From: Promethearchaeota archaeon
GTDB lineage: Archaea > Asgardarchaeota > Lokiarchaeia > Sigyniarchaeales > SOKP01
Direction of reading: 5' to 3'
Assembly: GCA_019058015.1 (NCBI GenBank)
Contig: JAHLWH010000070.1
Location: 1 to 20,800 of the forward strand
DNA: 20,800 nt
Shown one piece after another: positions 9,196-16,704 of this stretch; position 1 is the first letter of the stretch; every line of letters starts with the position of its first letter. A program made the translations under genes and the position numbers. A model generated the notes under the pieces. It was not told the origin of the DNA. It made no database searches and saw only the letters and a program-made list of their open reading frames with translations.

Positions 9196-9252
9196 ATAAT
9201 TAAAAATAAACAACTTTTTTTTATATATTTCATTTTTAAAATAAATTGAACT

Positions 9253-9942
9253 ATGAGCAGCATTAAAGAATTATTCGGAATTAACTTTAATCGTCTGTAC
9301 GAAACAATTGCTGTAACTCTTACAAAATTAGAAAAGGAAAAAATTATTATACCCAATTCTGCTTGTATGGGCGTTAAATTCCTTGATAATAACACATTTC
9401 AGATGACTCCATATCTTGAGACAGATACATATAAGAATTTGATTAAATTTCCATATGTTTCAATCAATTTTGTAGATAAAATTTATTTTTATGCTCAAGC
9501 CGCGTTATTGGGTGAGAATTCAGGTCTAACTGAAAGAGAATTTCCAGATTCCTATTATGATATTAAAGATGAAATTCCTTACTTAAAGGAATCGTGGGGA
9601 GTAATTTTTGGGAAGTTGAATGAGCACAAAATAATAAATAAAGCCACTCATCTTGGGGAAAATAATGTTCTCCAAGCCAATTTTAAAATTATTGATTTTA
9701 TAAAGATACAAGAGTCATTTTATCTTAAAAACCGGGCTGAAAATCTTGCTCTTGAATCAATTATTCTCGCAACAAGGTTAAAAATTGCAGTTAAAAAAGA
9801 AAATAAGGAAATGTATGAAAAAATCTATGATAGGATATTGTATTATAATGAACAAATTAAACATTTTGCTAAAAATGATAAAGCAATAGAAACTATGGAT
9901 TTTATAGTGAGTTATATAGAAAAAAATATAAAATTTAATTGA
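9253..9942 (+). CDS. DUF447-like protein (split-barrel/FMN-binding-like)
   Basis: YETIAVT...PNSACMGV...TDTYKNL...NRAENLALESIILATRL resembles archaeal DUF447 (recognised from memory). Confidence 0.7.
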   Translation: MSSIKELFGINFNRLYETIAVTLTKLEKEKIIIPNSACMGVKFLDNNTFQMTPYLETDTYKNLIKFPYVSINFVDKIYFYAQAALLGENSGLTEREFPDSYYDIKDEIPYLKESWGVIFGKLNEHKIINKATHLGENNVLQANFKIIDFIKIQESFYLKNRAENLALESIILATRLKIAVKKENKEMYEKIYDRILYYNEQIKHFAKNDKAIETMDFIVSYIEKNIKFN

Positions 9943-10054
9943 AAAAATTCCATAATACTAATTTTACAATTTTTAAATTGAAATTATTATCTTTTAAGAA
10001 TTATAAAAGCAACATATTTAATTAGAGAGGAAATAATTATAAATTAGAGTAGTA

Positions 10055-11296
10055 ATGAGTAGAGTAGAATTAATGGTTCCAGCTAAAAATTGGAAGAGCT
10101 TAAAGGCAATGTTAGGCAGTGCAGATGCCGTTTATTTTGGAATCGAAATTTTAAATATGCGAATGATGGCAGATAATTTTAGATTGGAGGAATTACCAAA
10201 GGTTGTTAAATTTTGCCATGAAAATAATATTCAAACTTACTTAGCAACTAATATTATTATTTATGAAAATGAAATAGATACTCTTTCGCAGGTTTTAGAT
10301 AAGGCTGCAGCTGCAGAAATTGATGCAGTTATTGTTCATGATGTAGGTGCTATCGAATTAGCAAAAGAAAGAAACCTTAATTTTCATATTTCTACTCAAA
10401 CTAGTATATCAAATTCTATGTCTGCAAAATATTATGAAAGTTTAGGTGCAAAAAGACTCATACTTGCTAGGGAACTCTCTCTTAAGCAAATAAAAGAAAT
10501 TAAACAAAAATTAAAGAAGGCAGAAATCGAGACCTTTGTACATGGGGCACAATGCACTTCAATATCAGGTAGATGTTATTTCTCAGCCGATGTTTTAGAA
10601 TCATCTGAATTCTCCGCTAATCGGGGTAAATGTATACAACCTTGTAGGAGGAGTTGGATTGTCACTGATGATACTGGTAAAAGTTTTATTTACGATGGAG
10701 TCTATTTTTTGAATACAAAAGATTTATGCATGATTGAATATATTCCACAGCTTATTGAGGCCAATATTGATGCTTTTAAGATTGAGGGTAGGATGCGCGA
10801 TGCACTTTATGTGGAGATGACTTCAAAATGTTATCGGGAAGCAATAGACTCACATTATGATGGAACTTTCACAGAGGAAAAGGTAAAAAACTGGTTAAAG
10901 GAATTGAATAAAGTATATAATAGAGGTTTTTCTACGGGGTTTTATTTCGGTCAACCCCAAGCCACTGAAATTGAACGCGAGACATCTGGAAATGTTTCAG
11001 AGTTTAGAAAAAGGGAAATTGGGCGTGTTCTTAGTTATTTTCGAAAGATAAAAGCAGCGAAGATATTACTTACATGGGGTCAATTAAAAGTGGGAGATGA
11101 GATAATTATAATGGGAATAAAAACCGATACTTATCTTCGACAAAAGATATCATCTCTTCAAATTAAGAAAAAGGTTGTAACAGAAACTCCAGTAGCATCA
11201 AAAGATAATCGAATAACCATTGGAATATTAGTTGATACTCCTGTTAAGGAAAATGATCGTGTCTATGTGTTAGATAAATATTCATCAAATACTTAA
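10055..11296 (+). CDS. Peptidase U32 family Fe-S protein (TrhP/RlhA-like)
   Basis: ELMVPA, ADAVYFG, HISTQ, ARELSL, ETFVHGAQCTSISGRC, NRGKCIQPCR, FKIEGR. Confidence 0.93.
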   Translation: MSRVELMVPAKNWKSLKAMLGSADAVYFGIEILNMRMMADNFRLEELPKVVKFCHENNIQTYLATNIIIYENEIDTLSQVLDKAAAAEIDAVIVHDVGAIELAKERNLNFHISTQTSISNSMSAKYYESLGAKRLILARELSLKQIKEIKQKLKKAEIETFVHGAQCTSISGRCYFSADVLESSEFSANRGKCIQPCRRSWIVTDDTGKSFIYDGVYFLNTKDLCMIEYIPQLIEANIDAFKIEGRMRDALYVEMTSKCYREAIDSHYDGTFTEEKVKNWLKELNKVYNRGFSTGFYFGQPQATEIERETSGNVSEFRKREIGRVLSYFRKIKAAKILLTWGQLKVGDEIIIMGIKTDTYLRQKISSLQIKKKVVTETPVASKDNRITIGILVDTPVKENDRVYVLDKYSSNT

Positions 11297-11301
11297 AGAA
11301 A

Positions 11302-11706
11302 TTAAAGTTCATTTAGTTCTGCAATATACATCAAGGGGTATTCAAAATCTTCTATCCATTTTATTTTTGCTTTAACTTCAACCTTCTTAAATTGAACTAC
11401 TAAGTCAGCTTCTATTGTTTTACCAGAGATTTCATCGTAATCGAATTCATTTTCTTTTTTTCCTTTTAAATTTTCTCTTCTGAGGTTTATTTTTACAGAT
11501 TTTACGTAAGGTTGACAAGATATTGCTTGTTCTATACCTATTTCAATCGACTTAATGACATTTTCATTTGTATTAATAGGAATTCCGCATAAAATGTGAT
11601 AAAGGGCACCTAATTTAATACCCGTCTCAAATGTTGCCCTTTCTTTATCCGTAAGATCTTTTGCAAAATGAATTTTGATTTTTTCTTCAGTGTTATTCTT
11701 CTTCAA
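11302..11706 (-). CDS. mptD: Archaeal dihydroneopterin aldolase (MptD/DUF381 family), TTG start
   Basis: ERATFETGIKLGALYH...IEQAISCQPYV...YPLMYI; overlaps the end of the RFAP synthase gene. Confidence 0.82.
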   Translation of the reverse strand: MKKNNTEEKIKIHFAKDLTDKERATFETGIKLGALYHILCGIPINTNENVIKSIEIGIEQAISCQPYVKSVKINLRRENLKGKKENEFDYDEISGKTIEADLVVQFKKVEVKAKIKWIEDFEYPLMYIAELNEL

Positions 11707-12700
11707 CTTTTATTTCTGCTCCAGTATTATTAGGTTTTGCAATTAAAACAGTACCTCCGAAATCTTTAAGAAATTCTTCGCATTTAGGTTTTAAAATGTT
11801 TGCAGACTCATCATTTTCAGTAATTGCAACTATGCATGGTCCAAAAGAGGACATTCCATAAGCTTTTACTTCTTCGGCTTCTAAAAATTTCATTAGTTTT
11901 TTAACGATTGGATCTTGTAATTCTATTTCGATTTTCTTGAAACCAATTTTTTGAATCCGTTTTATTCCTTGTCCAAAGCAATTTAAATCGTTTTTTATTA
12001 ATCCCGGTAAAATTTTCATAATAATTTGATGTGAAACTTCATTGACTTCTTCTCGATTAATGGGCGCAAATTCTTGAAAAATATTTACTTCTTCTTGGTT
12101 ATGAGCTCCTTGTTTTAAATTAGGAAGAATTACTACAAACCTCCAATTCTCGGGAATAGGGTATCTAAGGATAGTTAAAGCAGGGTTTGCTGATGAAGAA
12201 GCTGAAGATGGTAAGTAAGTTTCTTTCTCTCTTCCATTACCGAAATCGTGCCCCGCATCTAAGATAAAACCACCTTGTTCAAAACCCCTCCACCCAATTC
12301 CGGATGTACCTCCTCTCCCAACTATTTTTGTAATCTTTTCTATGGGTAAATTTGCCCCTTCTAATTTAGCTATTGCTAAACCGATTGCTAAGCTTAATTG
12401 AGTTTTTGATCCAATTCCTAAATGTTCCGGATAATATTCCTTAATTATGAAATGGTAATTCTTATTTTTAACATTAAGAGCATTTGTGATCGCCTCAGTT
12501 TTTTCTTTAATGGTTGTTAAAAATCCATCATGAGGTTCATCAATTTCAATTTTTAACCCATCAGAATTATTTGAAACCTCTATCACAATATTAGGGGATT
12601 CTAACATAAGACCAATCCCACCATCAATTCTGCCAGTATACCCATTCTCATCAATTAAAGAGAAGTGTACCCTACACGGGGTTTTTATAGTGATTTTGAT
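11693..12700 (-). CDS. Beta-ribofuranosylaminobenzene 5'-phosphate (RFAP) synthase, GHMP superfamily (probable ATC start)
   Basis: The frame extends 31 codons above the called ATG: (ATC)KITIKTPCRVHFSLIDENGYTGRIDGGIGL. Also PEHLGIGSKTQLSLA, GRGGTSGIG, GGFILDAGH, GMSSFGP. Confidence 0.9.
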   Translation of the reverse strand: MKITIKTPCRVHFSLIDENGYTGRIDGGIGLMLESPNIVIEVSNNSDGLKIEIDEPHDGFLTTIKEKTEAITNALNVKNKNYHFIIKEYYPEHLGIGSKTQLSLAIGLAIAKLEGANLPIEKITKIVGRGGTSGIGWRGFEQGGFILDAGHDFGNGREKETYLPSSASSSANPALTILRYPIPENWRFVVILPNLKQGAHNQEEVNIFQEFAPINREEVNEVSHQIIMKILPGLIKNDLNCFGQGIKRIQKIGFKKIEIELQDPIVKKLMKFLEAEEVKAYGMSSFGPCIVAITENDESANILKPKCEEFLKDFGGTVLIAKPNNTGAEIKVEEE

Positions 12701-12797
12701 TGTAACTTCACCGAGGCAATTGACAAAAATAAATAACTACTATCAAATATTCTAGCATATCATTAATTTTTAAGTTTATTAAATTTGTGAAATAAAA

Positions 12798-13301
12798 ATG
12801 AGTGATTTAGAAGGTCTTACAAGAAATTTACTTAAAAAACAAAATTCTAAAATTGAAATCATTGAAAGATTAAAGCAAGAATATCTTGATTACAAAAATA
12901 TATCTCCACAAAAGGCAGAATTATTATCAAATGCAATCTATGAGGAATGTGTAAAGAGTGATACAAATTCGATAAGAAATAAATTTATTAAAAATCTACT
13001 CGAAATTCCTACAGCTAATGTTTCAATTGGAAAACAAGGAGTTGGGCGTAGAGGTCTAGGAGATCTTTTTGTGCATAAATTAATAGCTGAGCTTTCTATT
13101 ACGAAAAGTAAGGCGTTCTTGGCGCCAACTTCTCTTGATGATGCTGGAGCAATTCAATTGGGGAATTATAGTGATTTCAGAGGAAGAGAATTTATCAGTT
13201 CGGATGTATTAATTGTTTCAAAAATGGAAGGTATCCACTCTCGATAAAGTGATTTCCCATTTATTTGTGGTTTTCATGTAACTCGCGCTGTCCTAAGAAA
13301 T
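12798..13301 (+). pseudogene. Truncated, intronless duplicate of the 5' third of the PurM/AIR-synthase-like gene
   Basis: Aligns with 15277-15800 (MSDLEGLTR, GKQGVG, SLDDAGA, VSKMEGIHSR). TAA at 13245-13247 replaces Leu (TTA in the other copy), then reads SDFPFICGFHVTRAVLRN, after which homology ends. Confidence 0.8.
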
Positions 13302-13304
13302 TGC

Positions 13305-15095
13305 TTGGATATTTCTATAGGTCAGTGTATAAAATTTCTTGAAATTGGAATGAATTATAATAATTCGTGTTCGCGAAAAAAATCAAAACGCGAGCAAAAC
13401 AAGACCTTTATAAACACTAAGGTAGATTTATATCAAAAAAAGAGTACTACAATGGTTAATGTAGTTAAAAAGATAGAAGATATTAATATAAAAAAATCTA
13501 AAACCTTAGATGATCACCAAAATGACATTGAAGATATCGTTATAAAAAAGAAAGGAAGAATAATTGGTAGTGAATGGAGGTATATTGGTAAAAACAAAAG
13601 AAAAACACCATATTTCCTCATAGAATGCAATAGAGGTTGCGGTTATGATTGCGATGAAAAACGTGAATTTTGGAGAGATAAATATGAGTTAAAACCCTCT
13701 AAACGGTACCCAGACGGGAAATGGTGTCCATATAAAATAATTAATAAATCTTTAATTCGTCACCAAAGGGAAATTGAAGATATTGTCAGAATGAAAGGAG
13801 GGAAAATTATTGATGCAAAATGGAGATATATAGGTAAGAATAGAGAGAAAAAACCATATTTCCTCATAGAATGTGGTGGTGATAACGAAAATAATGAAAA
13901 ACATCAATGGTGGGTTGAAAAATACAAATTAAAGGGAAATAAGAGTAATCCAGAGGGTACTTGGTGTAATCAATGTCCAAAAGGAAAAACTTTAGAAGAG
14001 CATCAAAAGGATATTGAAGATATTGTCAGAATGAAAGGAGGGAAAATTATTAATGCCAAATGGAGATATGATGAAAAAAATCGCAAATACCCTTATTTCT
14101 ACATAGAATGTGGAGGTGATAATGAATACAATATGACACACCAATTTTGGATTTATAAAAATGATTTAATACCAGATAAAACCCATCAAGTTGGTGTTTG
14201 GTGTCGAGAATGTCAAAGTAAAACCTTAGACCAACACCAAAACGACATTGAGGAATATACTAAGTGGAGGGGAGGAAAGATAATTGATAGTGAATGGAAA
14301 TGCGTATATCATGGAAAATATAAAGCTAAAATACCACATTTTTATATAGAATGCGATAATGAAGAGGAAAAACACAGGTGGTGGGTTGCTAAGGGTAACC
14401 TACTTCCTAAGGCAAGCAATCCAACAGGATCATGGTGTAAAGTATGTAATGATAGAATTAGAGCTGTTAGCGAATACGCTCATATTATTATCGAATATTA
14501 TAGTTTGATATATTTAAATTTAAAAAATTGTAATGGACGACATGAAGACATTCTTGATGAGGGATCTCGACCAGATCTCATTATTAACAGAGATGATAAT
14601 TTCAAGTCCAACATTGAACCTCATCAAAATATTATATCATTTTCAAATAATGTAGTTCTAACAAATATAGAAGAAATTGCTGTTGATTTTACGATGTCAT
14701 TAATTCCTTCTAATATTATAAGAAAATGCTTTAGAAATTATCAAAATAAAAAAAGGTATCTACTGATTGTATTAATACAAGAAGAGGGTATCGTAACTGC
14801 ACAATATATGCAAAATCTAATTAATAATGACGCAGAACTCGATAATGAAGAAAAGGAATTAATTAAGGTTATAAATTTTGATGAATATTTGCAATTTTTG
14901 AACTTAGAAATAAAATTGGATTTATTAAATTTTGATAAATGGAATTCTTTGTCCGAAAAGGAAAAAGAAATAATATCAATGTTCAGAAAAACAATTAAAT
15001 TGAGTATAGATGCTACTGAATCGAGTTTTGCTCTCAAAGAACTAATAAAATTAAGTGAAAAAAACGGTAAATTACTCGGAATTGAAAATCATTAG
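13305..15095 (+). CDS. Protein with four tandem zinc-ribbon-like repeats and a putative PD-(D/E)XK-like C-terminal domain (true start uncertain)
   Basis: Repeats K(T/S)LxxHQxxIE...GxII...W...(F)xIEC...HxW/FW...GxWCxxC; C-terminal RHE...SRPDLII...IAVDFT. Confidence 0.7.
   Translation: MDISIGQCIKFLEIGMNYNNSCSRKKSKREQNKTFINTKVDLYQKKSTTMVNVVKKIEDINIKKSKTLDDHQNDIEDIVIKKKGRIIGSEWRYIGKNKRKTPYFLIECNRGCGYDCDEKREFWRDKYELKPSKRYPDGKWCPYKIINKSLIRHQREIEDIVRMKGGKIIDAKWRYIGKNREKKPYFLIECGGDNENNEKHQWWVEKYKLKGNKSNPEGTWCNQCPKGKTLEEHQKDIEDIVRMKGGKIINAKWRYDEKNRKYPYFYIECGGDNEYNMTHQFWIYKNDLIPDKTHQVGVWCRECQSKTLDQHQNDIEEYTKWRGGKIIDSEWKCVYHGKYKAKIPHFYIECDNEEEKHRWWVAKGNLLPKASNPTGSWCKVCNDRIRAVSEYAHIIIEYYSLIYLNLKNCNGRHEDILDEGSRPDLIINRDDNFKSNIEPHQNIISFSNNVVLTNIEEIAVDFTMSLIPSNIIRKCFRNYQNKKRYLLIVLIQEEGIVTAQYMQNLINNDAELDNEEKELIKVINFDEYLQFLNLEIKLDLLNFDKWNSLSEKEKEIISMFRKTIKLSIDATESSFALKELIKLSEKNGKLLGIENH
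13500..14447 (+). repeat. Four intragenic tandem repeats of about 78-82 codons
   Basis: Units start at 13500, 13746, 13986 and 14220. Units 2 and 3 share the exact 39-mer ATTGAAGATATTGTCAGAATGAAAGGAGGGAAAATTATT. Confidence 0.9.
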
Positions 15096-15276
15096 ACTTA
15101 TTTAATTTCTCAACATTGATGTAAGTAGAACTTTAAACATCTTCAGAAAAGGATGCAGCGATGATTTTATATAAAATATACTGATATTATTTAACATTTT
15201 GTTGAGCAATATATTTTATAACCCTATAATTTAATATAATTAATATTGATTTATATGTTTATTATAGGTTTTAATC

Positions 15277-16704
15277 TTGAGTGATTTAGAAGGTTTGACA
15301 AGAAGGTTAATGGAGAAAAGTTTCAATAAGGAACAGATAATTATACGCCTTGTTAATGAATATATGGATTTTAAAGAGATTGAGAAAGAGTCCGCAATCT
15401 TGCTTGCTGAAGCAATCTATGAGGAATGTAAAAATAGTGATATAAAGTCCATTTCAGATCCTTTTATGAGATATTTATTAGATATTAATATGGCAAACGT
15501 GACTATTGGAAAACAAGGAGTGGGTTGTAGAGGAGCAGGTGATTTTTTTGTGCATAAACTCATTGCAAAGTTATCTGAGACCGAGAAAAAAGCGTATTTA
15601 TCACCTAGTTCTTTAGATGATGCCGGTGCTGTGAGATTATCTGATATTAAAGGATTTGAAACAAAAGATGATTTAATCATTGTATCTAAAATGGAAGGGA
15701 TTCATAGTCGCTTAAGCGATTTTCCATTTATGTGCGGTTTTCACGTAATTTCACGTAACACGTTTATGTGAAGCGTAACGAGGGCTGCACTTCGAGACTT
15801 ATATGTAAAGGGAGCAAAACCTATCTCCATAATGATTGATACGCATTTGGGTGATGATGCTGATGTTGGAAAACTTTTTGATTTTATGGCTGGTATCTCG
15901 ACAATTTCCGAATTAACTAATGTTCCTATAACTGCAGGGTCTACTTTAAGAATTGGGGGTGATATGGTAATTGGAGATCGGCTTGTGGGGGGAATAGCTG
16001 CAGTAGGGGTGTGTAAAAGAATTTTAGCTCGACGAAATATAATTCCCGGCAATAAAATATTAATGACTGAAGGAGCTGGAGGGGGAACGATCACAACTAC
16101 TGCGATTTATTCAGGTAATCATGAGGTTGTTAAAGAAACCCTGAATATTAAATTCTTAAAAGCATGTGAGAAACTGTTGACTTCTGATTACACAGATAAG
16201 ATCCATTGCATGTGTGATGTGACTAATGGAGGTTTGAGAGGAGATTTATATGAGATTAATTATGAAGCAAAATGTGGAGTATTAATTCAAGAAAAAAAAG
16301 TAAAAAAATTGGTGAATCCCAGAGTCTTAGATCTTCTAAATAAAACGGGAGTAGATTATTTAGGTGTATCGTTAGATTCACTCTTGATATATTGTGATGA
16401 AAACATCAGCGAAGATATAATCAATGACTTAAAGGATATTGATATTAAATGTTCTGAAATTGGTCTTGTTGATGATTCAAATGAAGTGAAATTTATATTT
16501 ACAGATAAAAAGTCTGCAACAATTCTTCCAAGATTTAGAGAATCTGCTTACACTAAAATAAAAAAGCAGATTGGAGAAAAAACTCCTGAGGATTACAAAG
16601 AAATGGAAATAATGGTCAATGCTGCTGCAAAAAAAGCTCTAAATAAAAGAAAAGAAATTCTAGATTATATTATTTCAAATTTAAACAGACAAATAAAATT
16701 ATGA
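15277..16704 (+). CDS. PurM/AIR-synthase-like (HypE/SelD/ThiL superfamily) protein, join(15277..15748,15779..16704), 465 aa after splicing
   Basis: The ORF-track pieces 15277-15771 and 15832-16704 are in the same frame. Motifs DDAGAV, EGIHSRLSDFPF, GFHV|TRAALRDLYVKGAKP, GSTLRIGGDMVIGDR, CDVTNGGLRGD. Confidence 0.9.
15749..15778 (+). other. Predicted 30-nt BHB intron in a protein-coding gene
   Basis: 11-bp outer helix, 4-bp central helix ACGU/GCGU, 3-nt bulges AAU and AAC, 9-bp inner helix. Contains an in-frame TGA, and its removal restores H-V-T-R. Confidence 0.88.

Noticed and set aside
13302-15095. Intein (CLD follows the point where homology ends)
   Set aside because: No recognisable Hint motifs, no HN-(C/S/T) junction, and the ORF ends at a stop instead of resuming the host protein.
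15108-15270. Possible C/D-box sRNA or leader hairpin upstream of the PurM-like gene
   Set aside because: Box matches are degenerate and the inverted repeats (CTCAACA/TGTTGAG, CCTATAAT/ATTATAGG) are short in very AT-rich DNA; not distinguishable from chance by eye.
15769-15771. In-frame TGA read as selenocysteine (SelD-related superfamily; Lokiarchaeia are known to use Sec)
   Set aside because: The TGA sits inside a 10-codon insertion that the paralog lacks, not at a Cys-equivalent position, and the BHB explains it exactly. No SECIS was seen, and the next gene overlaps the stop.
15277-16704. Two separate genes or a pseudogene, as the ORF track suggests
   Set aside because: Both halves share a frame, the conserved TRAALRDLYVKGAKP lies between the two called ORFs, and there are no other lesions.
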